DNA of 64,000 bases from Chlamydiota bacterium (GTDB lineage: Bacteria > Chlamydiota > Chlamydiia > Chlamydiales > RGXB01): NCBI GenBank assembly GCA_947494155.1, contig CANLTW010000003.1:1-64000 (forward strand). The letters are read 5' to 3'. The translations under genes and the position numbers were made by a program. This document shows positions 38,846 to 49,771 of the stretch, one piece after another (the first letter of the stretch is position 1; every line of letters starts with the position of its first letter). Under the pieces are notes generated by a model. That model saw only the letters and a program-made list of their open reading frames with translations. It was not told the DNA's origin and made no database searches.

Positions 38846-41189
38846 ATACTACATGAATTCCCGTTTTTAGATAATCGGGAAGTTCATCAAAGTCCCTCTT
38901 ATTCTCCTTCGGGAGAATGAGGTGGTCTAATTTCGAACGCCTCAAAGCGATCACTTTCTCTCTAACACCGCCGATAGGAAGAACTTTACCTGTAACGGTG
39001 ATCTCTCCGGTCATCCCAAGGCCTTTCAACACCTTTACATCCATAAGCAAAGAAAAAAGGGCCGTTACCATGGTAATACCCGCTGATGGACCATCTTTTG
39101 GTGTAGCTCCCTCGGGCACGTGGATATGAATCTCGTTTTTTTCGAAGAACCGATGATGGGGTGCAAACTTCTCAATAGAGCTCATGAAATAGGTCCAAGC
39201 AATCTGTGCAGACTCTTTCATCACCTCACCGAGATTTCCAGTGAGCTTCATCACTGTTTTATCCACATTCGGCGTCTTAACCGCTTCGATGCTCAATGTG
39301 GCCCCGCCCATACTCGTCCAGGCAAGACCCACGACTACTCCAGGAGGTGGATCTGCGTAAAGGAGATCTTGTGTAAAGATGGGTTGCTTAAGGTAGTCTG
39401 TGAGATTTTCTTCGGTTACAACAACCGATTTTTTCTTTTTTGTAACGACCTCTTTCGCCGCCTTACCCATAATTTTCTGAATCAACTTCTCCAGATTACG
39501 TACCCCCGCCTCTCTTGCGTAGCCATCTATCATAGCTATAACCGCATCCTGGTGGAGCTTTACCTGAGTCGCTTTCAATCCCGACTCTTTTCTAGTCTTA
39601 GGGATCAGATACTTTTCGGCTATTTTGACTTTTTCTTCCAAAATATAACCGGAAAGACGTATCACATCCATACGATCTAATAAAGGGGTTGGAATAGTAT
39701 CTAAGGTATTGGCCGTGACGATGAATAACACATTCGAAAGATCTAAAGGGACATCAAGGTAATGGTCCATGAAATCGGCGTTTTGCTCCGGATCAAGCAC
39801 CTCAAGCAAAGCAGCGGAGGGGTCATAATGACCGTTTCCGATTTTGTCAATCTCGTCGATCAATATAACTGGGTTCACTGTTTTCGTCATTTTGAGCGCT
39901 TGGACCAGTTTACCGGGCATTGCTCCTACATAGGTGCGTCTATGCCCCTTGATCTCAGCCTCATCACGCATCCCCCCTACAGAAAAACGGAAAAACTTCC
40001 GATTGAGAGCGTGAGCAATACACTTTCCAATACTCGTTTTTCCGACTCCCGGAGGTCCGACTAAACAGATGATTTTTCCCCGGGTTGTACGGCTAAGCTG
40101 ACCGACTGCTATAATTTCTAAAATTCGCTCTTTGACATCCTCAAGTCCATAGTGGTCTTTGTCGAGGATCTCTTTTGCCCGTTCGACATCAAACACATCT
40201 TTCGATTTCAATCCCCAGGGGACTAAAGTAAGCCAGTCGAGGTAATTTCGGCAGACCCCGTATTCAGCTGATTGCACATCCAAAAAAGCAAGCTTATCCA
40301 GCTCCTCATGGATGGTTTTCAAAATGGGGGCAGGTACAGTCAACTTCTCTAGACGTTTTTCAAACTTATCCACATCTAAAGTCTTGTCGTCTTTCTCAAG
40401 ACCAAGCTCTTTTTTGATTGTTTTAAGCTGTTCTTTGAGAAAATACTCTTTTTGCGATTTAGTGATATTCGCTTCAATTTTTTGGGTGATCGTGTTTTGC
40501 AGCTGATTTAAATCGAGCTCTTTTTTTAATAGAAGAAGCGCTTTTTCGCTCCTCTCTTTAAGATCAAACGCATCTAAGACTTGCTGTAACTCCTCGCGGG
40601 TCGCTGTTGTCAACGCCACCGAATAATCGGCAAGCCGTCCTGGATCAGTAAAATCGGAGTGACCCAAGAAAACCTGCAGCTCCTCCTTGAAAAGGGGGTT
40701 GAGCTTTAACAGCTCCTTGGTCGTCGTCAAAATACTTGTTGAATAGGCCTTGATGAGCTCCTCGTCTTCTCCCTCCACGTTATCAAAATGGGGGATAAAA
40801 GAGGCCTTCAAAGGCTTAGTTTGCGCTTTGGGGTTCTTGAGCTCAATACGACACTCGACGCTTAAAAAAACTTGAGCTCCCTGCTCTTGCAGAGGGGCCA
40901 CTCGTAAAACTTTTGCTAGAACGCCTATCGGATGAAGGTCGTTAAAACCTACAGAATAGATCCCGATATTCTCTTTCTTGGTCATAGAAAGAGCCACATA
41001 GCGATCTTCCGACTTGGCTATTGACCTCAAAGCCTCATAAAAAGGGCCTGGTTCAATAGTCAATGAGGCAGCCATTCCCGGAAAAAAGGGCCTTTTTGTC
41101 AGGGGAAGCACATAGACCGAACCGGCCTTGATTGACTTAGGACTTGCCTGCTTCTTCGGAGTCTTTTTTTTTGGTTTTTTGTATTCCAA
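38757..41189 (-). CDS. lon: Lon protease
   Basis: GPPGVGKTS, DEIDK, PKDGPSAG and GGVREK. Confidence 0.97.
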   Translation of the reverse strand: MEYKKPKKKTPKKQASPKSIKAGSVYVLPLTKRPFFPGMAASLTIEPGPFYEALRSIAKSEDRYVALSMTKKENIGIYSVGFNDLHPIGVLAKVLRVAPLQEQGAQVFLSVECRIELKNPKAQTKPLKASFIPHFDNVEGEDEELIKAYSTSILTTTKELLKLNPLFKEELQVFLGHSDFTDPGRLADYSVALTTATREELQQVLDAFDLKERSEKALLLLKKELDLNQLQNTITQKIEANITKSQKEYFLKEQLKTIKKELGLEKDDKTLDVDKFEKRLEKLTVPAPILKTIHEELDKLAFLDVQSAEYGVCRNYLDWLTLVPWGLKSKDVFDVERAKEILDKDHYGLEDVKERILEIIAVGQLSRTTRGKIICLVGPPGVGKTSIGKCIAHALNRKFFRFSVGGMRDEAEIKGHRRTYVGAMPGKLVQALKMTKTVNPVILIDEIDKIGNGHYDPSAALLEVLDPEQNADFMDHYLDVPLDLSNVLFIVTANTLDTIPTPLLDRMDVIRLSGYILEEKVKIAEKYLIPKTRKESGLKATQVKLHQDAVIAMIDGYAREAGVRNLEKLIQKIMGKAAKEVVTKKKKSVVVTEENLTDYLKQPIFTQDLLYADPPPGVVVGLAWTSMGGATLSIEAVKTPNVDKTVMKLTGNLGEVMKESAQIAWTYFMSSIEKFAPHHRFFEKNEIHIHVPEGATPKDGPSAGITMVTALFSLLMDVKVLKGLGMTGEITVTGKVLPIGGVREKVIALRRSKLDHLILPKENKRDFDELPDYLKTGIHVVFVDTYEDVFKVAFDYPNNRRIQVASGPEA

Positions 41190-41369
41190 GGTACTTTTTC
41201 AACTAAATTGGTGATTCAATTGGATAATCTTACCATAGAGAATCGTTTTCGCGGTAGACTACCAAACATTTTATTCCAATCAGCTCACACTGAATTGATT
41301 GGAAATAGACGTTTACCCTACCCCCTTTTTTGTACCAAATATTAAGGATTTTTGCTAACTTAATCATTT

Positions 41370-41897
41370 ATGTACATCCTTGTTATAGACTTAAGCTACC
41401 AATCCGGAACCGTTTTTATTCTTGACGAATCACAAGAGGTGGTTTGCGAGGTTGAAGCGCCCCCACCCCACAGCTTACCCATTATCATACAAGAGCTTAC
41501 AAATAACGGTTTGATAAAACTAGATGCAGTAGCCATCCCCCAGGGGCCAGGAAATTTTACCCCCCTTCGCCTTGCAGCTACGGTAGCAATTGCCCTCTGC
41601 GAAAGCCTAGAAATCCCCCTAATCGCCTACTCCCCTTTTTTGAATCAGGTTAACGCCGCATCAAAAGAGGGGGAAGCGATTCTTGATGCCCGCTCAAACC
41701 TTTCCTACCATTCCTTTTTTAACCAAAAAGGGCAGGGAGTGGAATTTACCCCTACTACCCTTGTCGAAAAAATTTGTGATACGCCCTACCTCACCTGTAA
41801 AAAAACCCTTGGTTTTCATGTAATAAATTTATTTAAAAACAAACAGTTTACCGAACTTAAAGGCTTTAAAATTGAATATGTCAAAAAGCCGCGCTAA
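41370..41897 (+). CDS. tsaB: tRNA threonylcarbamoyladenosine biosynthesis protein TsaB
   Basis: ILVID, GPGNFTPLR and LDAR motifs, in lon-tsaB-rpsU-dnaJ synteny. Confidence 0.8.
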   Translation: MYILVIDLSYQSGTVFILDESQEVVCEVEAPPPHSLPIIIQELTNNGLIKLDAVAIPQGPGNFTPLRLAATVAIALCESLEIPLIAYSPFLNQVNAASKEGEAILDARSNLSYHSFFNQKGQGVEFTPTTLVEKICDTPYLTCKKTLGFHVINLFKNKQFTELKGFKIEYVKKPR

Positions 41898-41948
41898 ACC
41901 CTTTAAAACTCTAGAGACAAAGATTTTAACATCTATAAGCCAAAACGG

Positions 41949-41978
41949 TTGACTTTTCGTAAGACAATCCCCTATAAT
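41949..41978 (+). promoter_or_regulatory. Putative sigma66/70 promoter for rpsU-dnaJ
   Basis: TTGACT-18 nt-TATAAT. Confidence 0.6.
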
Positions 41979-42004
41979 CTGAGCCAAATCATTAGGAAAA
42001 ATTC

Positions 42005-42178
42005 ATGATTCAAGTTAAATTACGTCCGGGTGAAACAGTTGATAGATCTCTTCGCCACTTGAAGAAAAAAGTAGATCGCGAAGGAATTATGAAAACTCTT
42101 CGTGCAAGAAGATACTACTTAAAACCCTCTGAAAGACGTAAAATCAAACAAAAAGCGGCTTTAAGACACCGTCCATAA
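42005..42178 (+). CDS. rpsU: 30S ribosomal protein S21 (absent from the ORF track)
   Basis: Manual translation gives MIQVKLRPGETVDRSLRHLKKKVDREGIMKTLRARRYYLKPSERRKIKQKAALRHRP, with an AGGA SD. Confidence 0.93.
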   Translation: MIQVKLRPGETVDRSLRHLKKKVDREGIMKTLRARRYYLKPSERRKIKQKAALRHRP

Positions 42179-42190
42179 CACGATTGTTGC

Positions 42191-43339
42191 ATGTCAAAAG
42201 ATTACTACCAAGTTCTCGGCGTAGCTAAAAGTGCAACGCAAGAAGAAATCAAAAAAGCCTATAGAAAACTTGCTGTAACCTATCACCCTGATAAAAACCA
42301 GGGGGACAAGGAGGCAGAAAAGAAGTTCCAAGAAATTTCTGCTGCCTACGAAGTTCTTAGCGACGAAAAGAAAAGAGAAACTTACGACCGTTTCGGTGCC
42401 GATGCTGTCAATGGACAGGGCGGCTTTGGTGGCCACTATGGCTCCAGCATGGAGGATGCATTGCACACCTTCATGAATGCGTTCGGCCAAGGAAGAGGAG
42501 GATCGATCTTTGAGAGCTTTTTTGGTTTCGAATCCCAAGGAGGCGAGGGCGGAAAATATCCGCAACAGGGTGCAAGTAAACAAATCACTTTAACCCTCTC
42601 ATTCGAAGAGGCGGCTAAAGGGGTAGAAAAAACAGCACTCATACAAGTAGCGCAAAACTGCGAGACCTGTAACGGTTCTGGAGCAAAAAGCGCATCTGAT
42701 ATTCAAACTTGTCCCACCTGCAAAGGAACGGGGCACATTCAGCAGTCGCGCGGCTTTTTTACGATGTCGGGGACATGCCCCACATGTAACGGATCTTGTG
42801 AGATCATCAAGAATCCCTGTGGATCGTGCCATGGTCATGGCCAGGTCAAAAATAAAAAACAGGTACAGCTCAATATTCCAGCAGGAGTAGACAATGGGAT
42901 GCGCTTACGCATGCCAGGGTTGGGTGATGCAGGAGTACATGGCGGCCCGAATGGCGACCTTTATGTTGTCATTAAAGTGGAGCCACATGACGTGTTTATC
43001 CGCGAGGGGGATGACCTATATTTAGATCTGCCTATCAGTTTTGTAGAGGCTTCTCTAGGTGCCAAAAAAGAGATCCCTACTCTTTTAAGTGGCAGCTACA
43101 AGCTCACTATTCCTGAAGGGACACAAAATGGCAAAATCCTCAAGATTAAAGGAGAGGGTTTTACAAACGTTCACTCCAAATCTAAGGGTAGCCTTCTTGT
43201 ACGGATTCAAGTTGAGGTTCCCGTAAATCTCAATGAGGAACAAAAAGATCTCTTAAGAAAGTTTCAAAGTATTGAAAGCCCCTCTAATCTACCAAGAAAG
43301 AAAAGCTTTTTCGAAAAAATCGCCTCTTTTCTTAGCTAG
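42191..43339 (+). CDS. dnaJ: Chaperone DnaJ
   Basis: J domain with HPD, G/F region and four CxxCxGxG-type repeats. Confidence 0.97.
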   Translation: MSKDYYQVLGVAKSATQEEIKKAYRKLAVTYHPDKNQGDKEAEKKFQEISAAYEVLSDEKKRETYDRFGADAVNGQGGFGGHYGSSMEDALHTFMNAFGQGRGGSIFESFFGFESQGGEGGKYPQQGASKQITLTLSFEEAAKGVEKTALIQVAQNCETCNGSGAKSASDIQTCPTCKGTGHIQQSRGFFTMSGTCPTCNGSCEIIKNPCGSCHGHGQVKNKKQVQLNIPAGVDNGMRLRMPGLGDAGVHGGPNGDLYVVIKVEPHDVFIREGDDLYLDLPISFVEASLGAKKEIPTLLSGSYKLTIPEGTQNGKILKIKGEGFTNVHSKSKGSLLVRIQVEVPVNLNEEQKDLLRKFQSIESPSNLPRKKSFFEKIASFLS

Positions 43340-43342
43340 TAC

Positions 43343-43380
43343 TAAAGAAAACAACTCCTAGAGTTGTTTTCTTTATCTTT
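43343..43380 (+). terminator. Intrinsic terminator after dnaJ
   Basis: Perfect hairpin taaagaaaacaactc-cta-gagttgttttcttta. Confidence 0.75.
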
Positions 43381-43537
43381 TACATCCTCTATTCGTCGAA
43401 TTTTTATCCCTCTTTTCGTTAGATTGAATTCCCACCTCCTATTTTCTTTTACCTTATATCAACTTGTATCAACAGGTACCTCAAAAAGATAAAATAGAAA
43501 CAAGAACGTTGGATCTTAAAACTACTCACAATGTAAA

Positions 43538-43571
43538 TAAAAAAAGCCCCAGATATATTTCTGGGGCTTTA
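43538..43571 (-). terminator. Intrinsic terminator after tRNA-Leu
   Basis: aaagccccaga..tctggggcttt hairpin followed by a T-run on the minus strand. Confidence 0.8.
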
Positions 43572-43572
43572 T

Positions 43573-43655
43573 TGCGCAGAACAGGAGTCGAACCTGCACG
43601 GCCTAAAGGCCAAGGGATTTTAAGTCCCTAGTGTCTACCATTCCACCACCTGCGC
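43573..43655 (-). tRNA. tRNA-Leu (anticodon TAA), CCA not encoded
   Basis: GCGCAGGTGGTGGAATGGTAGACACTAGGGACTTAAAATCCCT..GGTTCGACTCCTGTTCTGCGCA, with a long variable arm. Confidence 0.96.
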
Positions 43656-43681
43656 AAAGAGGGGTTTCAGGTTTCGGGATA

Positions 43682-44467
43682 TTATACCTCTTTAGAAGAT
43701 TCTAGTGAAGTATTTTCCTCTCCACTCGATGTGGAACCAGCGGATAAAGAGTGGATCTCATCAGAGGGATTGAGCTGTATCTCTTGCAAAGGTGCCTCCG
43801 TAACCTCTAAGGGAGAGGTGGGTAGAAGAGGTTCTTGATGAACTGTCTCGCTTTTGCGATGGGAGAGTGCGCTGATGATGAGTGCCGGGGGTGGAGTGAT
43901 GAATTTGGGTGCGATACTCGTAGGAGATGAAACAAGAGCTTCATCCTTGGTATCCCCTCCTTTGTCACCTTCAGTAGAGACTTCCTCCTGCGTAACGTCG
44001 GTAGGTGTGAAACGTTGCTGCTTCTGACGATCACGTTTACGTCTATTGCGCTTGGATTTTTTATCATCACGTTGGGACGATGCAGATGTATCCTCAGTCA
44101 GCTCTTCTTTTGGCTCCTCTGAGATCTCCTCCTCTTCAGTGAGGATCTCCTCTTCAGGAAGCTCTTTTGCAGTTTTATGCAAATGCTCCTTGGAGCTTTG
44201 AATTTTGACCGACTTTTCAGGTGTAGAATTTTTTAAAATAAAGCGGGTCTCTTTAACCTCGCTGACCTCATAATCACCAACTGGAAAAAAGAAAGGTTTT
44301 GGTTTTTCTTGGCAGCGGAAAAAGTGGGAATTACCAAAAGATACTATCTCAACAGCATCTACGAGAATCTCACGATTCTCCTGGATTTTTGTAGAGCGTA
44401 TCGATAATTTAAATCCGTCTCGTGCGGAAATTATCGATTCTATAATGGGTTCTCTAGTAAAGTTCAC
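43682..44467 (-). CDS. grgA: Chlamydial transcription factor GrgA (CT504-like)
   Basis: N-terminus MNFTREPIIESIISARDGFKLSIR, a basic patch, and position next to gap. Confidence 0.82.
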   Translation of the reverse strand: MNFTREPIIESIISARDGFKLSIRSTKIQENREILVDAVEIVSFGNSHFFRCQEKPKPFFFPVGDYEVSEVKETRFILKNSTPEKSVKIQSSKEHLHKTAKELPEEEILTEEEEISEEPKEELTEDTSASSQRDDKKSKRNRRKRDRQKQQRFTPTDVTQEEVSTEGDKGGDTKDEALVSSPTSIAPKFITPPPALIISALSHRKSETVHQEPLLPTSPLEVTEAPLQEIQLNPSDEIHSLSAGSTSSGEENTSLESSKEV

Positions 44468-44474
44468 AGATTAT

Positions 44475-45467
44475 CTATCCATTTTTTTCTAAGCGTTGCA
44501 TGACAACATCACATACGCGGGAAGAGTATCCCCACTCGTTATCATACCAAGCTATTAATTTATAAAAAGATTCGTTTAATTGTACGCAGGAGGTTGCATC
44601 CACAATACATGAGTGTGTATCCCCTTTAAAATCGGAGGAAACTCCCTCCTCCTTTGAAACGGCTAAAATACCCTTTAATCTTGTATTTTCCTCCTCAAGC
44701 AGGTGATTAAGAATCTGCTCCAAGGATGTTTTGCGTTCAAAACGAACAGTTAAATCTACGACCGAAACGGTCGAGACAGGGACTCTAAAAGCGATACCTG
44801 TCAATTTACCTTTAAGTGCCGGATACACAATACCAACCGCCTTTGCAGCGCCGGTAGTGGAAGGCACGATATTTTGAAATGCAGAGCGACCATCACGTAA
44901 ATCATCACGATAGCCGTCTACTAATAATTGACTCTGAGTGCACGCATGCACAGTTGTCATCAAAGCTTCTATTATCTGAAACTTTTCATGTACAGATCTT
45001 GCAAGAGGGGCTAAGCAGTTTGTGGTGCAGGATGCGATAGAAATCTCACGATGGTTTTCACTCAATATACTATCATTCACTCCAAGTACAACCATAGGTA
45101 TGTCTTTGGAAGGTCCTGTAACAATAACACTATTTTTTGCCCGATGCTTGCTGGCTTTGTCAAGCGTCGTAAAACGGCCTGTTGACTCTATTACAATATC
45201 CACATCCCAAGGTATATTTTCAGGAGACGTTTCCTTGTAAATAGGGATCGTTAAAGATCCAACCTGCACTGCTGAATCAGTAGAAACAACGGCATGGTTA
45301 AAATGACCGTAGTTTGTATCAAACAAAAGAGAATAACGGATTTGATTAGGTGTGGCTAGGTCATTGATAAAAAACTGAACATCTTTGTTTTTAAGACGCT
45401 CAAAAAGTTGTCTAAAAACAATTTTACCGATTCGACCGAAACCGTTGATTCCTATTTTGACTGACAC
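44475..45467 (-). CDS. gap: Glyceraldehyde-3-phosphate dehydrogenase
   Basis: GINGFGRIG, ASCTTNCLAP and WYDNEWGYS. Confidence 0.97.
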   Translation of the reverse strand: MSVKIGINGFGRIGKIVFRQLFERLKNKDVQFFINDLATPNQIRYSLLFDTNYGHFNHAVVSTDSAVQVGSLTIPIYKETSPENIPWDVDIVIESTGRFTTLDKASKHRAKNSVIVTGPSKDIPMVVLGVNDSILSENHREISIASCTTNCLAPLARSVHEKFQIIEALMTTVHACTQSQLLVDGYRDDLRDGRSAFQNIVPSTTGAAKAVGIVYPALKGKLTGIAFRVPVSTVSVVDLTVRFERKTSLEQILNHLLEEENTRLKGILAVSKEEGVSSDFKGDTHSCIVDATSCVQLNESFYKLIAWYDNEWGYSSRVCDVVMQRLEKNG

Positions 45468-45534
45468 AACTGATTTCTCCCAGAATAAACTATTCCCCCA
45501 TCATAGAAATGAAAGGGGAATAATTTAAAGAATT

Positions 45535-45963
45535 TTATGCTTCAAGGTATTGAATAACGCACATTTGTGCATCATCACCAATCCTATTGGCCGTCTTGAT
45601 GATACGTGTATAGCCGCCGTTTCTTTCTTTAAAACGGGGACCAAGAACGTTCATTAATTTTTCAATCACGAAACGATCGTCATTAAAAGAAGATTTATCA
45701 CCATTTTTTGCAGCTCGTGCCTCTTTGGTAGTCAGTTCATTGAAACGGACTCTTAATTTCGCCACTAGAGATCTTCTGCTTGAAAGAGTGTTCTCTTTTG
45801 CCAAAGTAATCGCTCTATCGGCATAACGACGAAGAACTTTTGCCTTTGGAAGTGTTGTTTCAATCGATTCTTTCATAACCAAAGCCTTGGTCATGTTAGC
45901 AAGCATGGCTTCCCTATGAGAAGAGGTTTTGCCAAGTCTTTCGCTACGTTTTCTATGCCTCAT
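45535..45963 (-). CDS. rplQ: 50S ribosomal protein L17
   Basis: MRHRK, TTLPKAK and RNGGYTRI. Confidence 0.96.
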   Translation of the reverse strand: MRHRKRSERLGKTSSHREAMLANMTKALVMKESIETTLPKAKVLRRYADRAITLAKENTLSSRRSLVAKLRVRFNELTTKEARAAKNGDKSSFNDDRFVIEKLMNVLGPRFKERNGGYTRIIKTANRIGDDAQMCVIQYLEA

Positions 45964-47125
45964 CTTCGTCCTCTTCGGTCTCAGGTTCTTCTTCTGTTAG
46001 AGAATCTTCTTCGTATACTTCGTCTTCGTAATCCTCATCTTCTTCTTCGAAATCTGAAAGATCTGCGCCGCCGAAATACTCCTTCACGTGCTCTGGGTCA
46101 ATACCATATTTGGTAAGATCCATTCCAAGTGAAAGACCCATCTCTTCGAGTTTAGCCTTGATTTCGTTTAAAGATTTCTTGCCGAAGTTTCTAAATTTAA
46201 GCATCTCTTGCTCTGTTTTCGAAACAAGCTCTGCTATGGTGGAGATATTAGCACCATGCAAGCAGTTTGTTGAACGGACAGATAACTCAATCTCTGATAT
46301 TTTCAATGCAAGCTTTGACAGTATCGCGTCACGATCTGAAGAATCTTCTTTCTCAGCATTGTCAAAAGTGATCTGTTGCATTTTTAGAGGGTCAAAGACA
46401 TTCAGATGCAAAGATAAAATTTGAACAGCGTGCGTCATCGCTTCATCGGGTGTGATACGACCGTCAGTTGTTACTTCAACTACAAGACGATCCAGATCAG
46501 TTTCACCACCTACACGGCAACCCTCGATAAAGTAGTTTACGTGTCGAACGGGTGAAAAAGCTGCATCCAAAACAATTTCACTAAAAGAGGGGTCGTTAAG
46601 CTGAATACGCTCTGACGGACAGTATCCTCTACCAAGCGCAATCTTAAAATCGATTGTGCGTGTCATCGGTTTGGTCACGGTAAATAACTTGTGGTGGGGA
46701 TTAATCACCTCAAATTCTGACTCTTGGAAAAGATCTTTCACTTGAACAGTGTAGTTTCCATTTCCCTCTTGAATCATTTCATTGGTAACATTCAATTGGA
46801 ATGAATAACGCTTGATTCCACGTGGGGATACTTGACCTTCAACAGGAACTTTTCGTAGAAGTACCCCTTTGAAGTTGATGATGATGGAGGTCATATCCTC
46901 AATCACACCATCAATACCGGTATACTCATGTGGTACGCCCTCCATACGGAGAGCGACTATTGCATAGGACTCAATCGAAGTGAGCAATACTCTACGAAGA
47001 GCGTTTCCTACAGTATGGCCAAAACCTTTCTCAAAAGGCTCTGCGATATAAACAGATTTATTGTGGTCAATAGATTGACTCTTAATCTGCTTGGGAAGTC
47101 TAAACTCCGCATAAACTACTTGCAT
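45953..47125 (-). CDS. rpoA: RNA polymerase alpha subunit
   Basis: [29 protein letters not shown] and FRNFGKKSL. Confidence 0.97.
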   Translation of the reverse strand: MQVVYAEFRLPKQIKSQSIDHNKSVYIAEPFEKGFGHTVGNALRRVLLTSIESYAIVALRMEGVPHEYTGIDGVIEDMTSIIINFKGVLLRKVPVEGQVSPRGIKRYSFQLNVTNEMIQEGNGNYTVQVKDLFQESEFEVINPHHKLFTVTKPMTRTIDFKIALGRGYCPSERIQLNDPSFSEIVLDAAFSPVRHVNYFIEGCRVGGETDLDRLVVEVTTDGRITPDEAMTHAVQILSLHLNVFDPLKMQQITFDNAEKEDSSDRDAILSKLALKISEIELSVRSTNCLHGANISTIAELVSKTEQEMLKFRNFGKKSLNEIKAKLEEMGLSLGMDLTKYGIDPEHVKEYFGGADLSDFEEEDEDYEDEVYEEDSLTEEEPETEEDEDEA

Positions 47126-47128
47126 AAT

Positions 47129-47527
47129 TTAAACCCTTCTTCTTTTACGTGCTCTGCATCCGTTGTGTGGTATGGGAGTAATATCAACAATCGAAGTAAT
47201 CAATACAGGGTAGTTAGCGATAATACGTACCGCAGAGTCGCGACCTGGTCCTGGACCATTGAGACGAACCTCTACCTCTTGGATTGAAAACGGAGAAAGT
47301 TTTTCCATCACAATCTGTGTTGCGCAGCTAGCTGCGTATGGTGTAGATTTTTTTGAACCTTTAAAACCGGCAGCTGCAGCTGAGCTCCAAGCGAGGGTGT
47401 TCCCCTGCAAGTCGGTCGCTGTAACAATCGTGTTGTTAAAGGATGCGTTGATGTGAAGAATAATATTGGGAACAGAACGCTTTTCTTTGCGTGTGCTAGT
47501 TCCAGATTTTTTAGCTACAGTAACCAA
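47129..47527 (-). CDS. rpsK: 30S ribosomal protein S11
   Basis: ASFNNTIVT, KSTPYAA and PHNGCR. Confidence 0.96.
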   Translation of the reverse strand: MVTVAKKSGTSTRKEKRSVPNIILHINASFNNTIVTATDLQGNTLAWSSAAAAGFKGSKKSTPYAASCATQIVMEKLSPFSIQEVEVRLNGPGPGRDSAVRIIANYPVLITSIVDITPIPHNGCRARKRRRV

Positions 47528-47537
47528 AGCTCAACCC

Positions 47538-47906
47538 CTATGCCTTCTTATTAGCAACAGTTTTGCGTTTTCCCTTTCTTGTGCGAGAATTTGTACGAGT
47601 ACGCTGTCCTCGACAAGGGAGATTTAATTTGTGACGTGAACCTCTATACGACTTAATCGTGATATGTCGGCGGATGTCGTTTTGCACCTTACGTTTTAAG
47701 TCCCCTTCTACAAGATATTGCGCTTGAAGAAGCTGGTTAATACGCGAAAGGTCGTTTTCACCTAGTGAGTGAGCACGCACTTGTGGATCCAAGCTTAGTT
47801 CTTCACAAATTTTGAGAGCCAGAGTGGGTCCAATTCCATAGATATAACGAAGGCTGATGTGTAAGGGCTTGTTATCGGGAATGTCGACACCTAAAATACG
47901 AGGCAT
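47538..47906 (-). CDS. rpsM: 30S ribosomal protein S13
   Basis: IYGIG and RGQRTRTNSRTRKG. Confidence 0.96.
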   Translation of the reverse strand: MPRILGVDIPDNKPLHISLRYIYGIGPTLALKICEELSLDPQVRAHSLGENDLSRINQLLQAQYLVEGDLKRKVQNDIRRHITIKSYRGSRHKLNLPCRGQRTRTNSRTRKGKRKTVANKKA

Positions 47907-47936
47907 ACATTTCTACCTTTTAGAGTTTCAAAAAAG

Positions 47937-49298
47937 TTAATACTTTCCTTTTGACATGAAGCCGTCATACCGCTTCATGATCAGGTGGGATTCAATTTGT
48001 TTCATAGTGTCCAATACGACACCTACAAGGATTAACAACGAGGTCCCACCAAAAAAGTTGCTAATATTTGCGTCAACGGACAAAAGTTTGCTTACCACGG
48101 TTGGAAGAATCGCAATCAGAGCCAAGGAAAAGGCTCCAGCCATAACAATCTTATTCATCGATTGTTCTAGATAATCCTGGGTAGGCTTACCTTGACGAAC
48201 ACCGGGAATAAAGGCTCCGTTCTTTTTCAGCTCGGAGGCGATTTGTTCTGGGTGAAACTGCGTAGTCGTCCAAAAATAGGTAAAAAATATAATCAATAAA
48301 GACAAAACAATCAAGTAGCTTATCGTGCCAGGTGAGAGGAGGCCGGCTATCCAGTCGAAAAACCCCTCTTTTCCAACAAGTTGTGACACGAACGCCAATG
48401 ACATCAAAAAAGTATTTGCAAAGATAACAGGTACAACGCCGGCATAGTTTAGTTTTAAGGGAATATTTGCAGATCCCCCTTGAACTTCCTGGCGACCAAC
48501 CATCCTGCGTGCATACTGTACCGGGATATTCCTTTGTCCCTGAACTAGATATATCGTACCCACGAGAATAGCCACAAAAAAAGAGGCTAGTACTGCGACG
48601 GAGACGAAGGTCAACTGTCCCGATTCCTGAGAGTCGAGGTTAAGTTGCTTAATTATATTTCCTAGAACCGAAGGGAAGGAGGAGAGGATACCGAGAGTGA
48701 TAATAAGGGAAACCCCATTACCAATTCCTCTCTCCGTAATCATCTCGCCGAGCCACATCAAAAGAAGTGTCCCAGTTGTCATTGTAAGCACCACAAGTAG
48801 GATAAACAGCCATGGGTAGCCTGCAACTTCAAAGTTCAAGAGCTCTTGAACAATTATACCTGGATTGGAGTTGTTTATCTTGACTGCGTACAAGGCATAC
48901 ACAGTGGACTGCACCACTGCAAGAAGCAAGGTAATAAACCTTGTTGCTTTGCCGATTTTCCTTTTTCCTGCCTCATGGTTTTCCCGAATCTCTCTTTGCA
49001 AGGAGGGAATCAGTGTAACCATGATTTGCATCAGGATCGAGGCAGAAATGTACGGCATCACACCCAGAGCAATCACTGTCATTTGTGCAAAAGCTCCGCC
49101 CGAAAAAATATCTACCAGTTGGAAGAGGTTCTGCCCTCCACCCGCTGTAAACTTGAATAATCTTACGACCTCCTCAGCATTTACACCAGGAACAGTAATA
49201 TAGGCACCCACACGACAAAGAGCTAGTAGCACAATGGTAAAAATGAGCTTCTCTTTGAGCTGTGGTATGGAGAACATCTTTTTAAAGGCAGATATCAT
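47937..49298 (-). CDS. secY: Preprotein translocase SecY
   Basis: ALGVMPYISASI, GIGNGVSL, FIPGVRQG and GGTSLLI. Confidence 0.97.
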   Translation of the reverse strand: MISAFKKMFSIPQLKEKLIFTIVLLALCRVGAYITVPGVNAEEVVRLFKFTAGGGQNLFQLVDIFSGGAFAQMTVIALGVMPYISASILMQIMVTLIPSLQREIRENHEAGKRKIGKATRFITLLLAVVQSTVYALYAVKINNSNPGIIVQELLNFEVAGYPWLFILLVVLTMTTGTLLLMWLGEMITERGIGNGVSLIITLGILSSFPSVLGNIIKQLNLDSQESGQLTFVSVAVLASFFVAILVGTIYLVQGQRNIPVQYARRMVGRQEVQGGSANIPLKLNYAGVVPVIFANTFLMSLAFVSQLVGKEGFFDWIAGLLSPGTISYLIVLSLLIIFFTYFWTTTQFHPEQIASELKKNGAFIPGVRQGKPTQDYLEQSMNKIVMAGAFSLALIAILPTVVSKLLSVDANISNFFGGTSLLILVGVVLDTMKQIESHLIMKRYDGFMSKGKY

Positions 49299-49321
49299 AG
49301 GGCTTCGCTTAAATTTTTTGA

Positions 49322-49771
49322 TTAGACGATTTTATACTCTATCCGATTCTTTTCAAGAAATTCTAACGCAGAACGTGAAAATGCATTCGCTTCGATGCGA
49401 ATAGCACTCTTAAGTTCCCCTGTTCCTAAAATCTTGATAAGAAAATTCTCGTTAATTGCACGAATAATTCCTCTTTTGCGTAGAAGATCGCGATTGAACA
49501 CTTTCTCTTCGCCTAAAAGGGAGTCTATATTTCCTAAATTGAAAATTAGAACCTGTTTAGCGTGCTTTGCGTTAGAAAAACCGCGAATAGGGAGCTTTTT
49601 AAATAAAGCACCTTGTCCACCCTCGGCTCCATAACGGCGGGTATAACCCGATCGTGATCCGGCACCTTTAACTCCACGACCACAGGTCTTACCTTTTCCG
49701 GATCCGATTCCTCGGCCAACGCGCATTCTGCGCTTATGGTTTAAACCTTCAAATTGTTCGTATAAGTTCAT
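49322..49771 (-). CDS. rplO: 50S ribosomal protein L15
   Basis: RVGRGIGSGKGKTCGRG. Confidence 0.95.
   Translation of the reverse strand: MNLYEQFEGLNHKRRMRVGRGIGSGKGKTCGRGVKGAGSRSGYTRRYGAEGGQGALFKKLPIRGFSNAKHAKQVLIFNLGNIDSLLGEEKVFNRDLLRKRGIIRAINENFLIKILGTGELKSAIRIEANAFSRSALEFLEKNRIEYKIV

Noticed and set aside
41898..42190. CIRCE element upstream of dnaJ
   Set aside because: No TTAGCACTC-N9-GAGTGCTAA match was found by eye.
43340..43680. tRNA-Leu as an island integration site
   Set aside because: No duplicated tRNA 3' end or integrase nearby, and the flanks are core genes.
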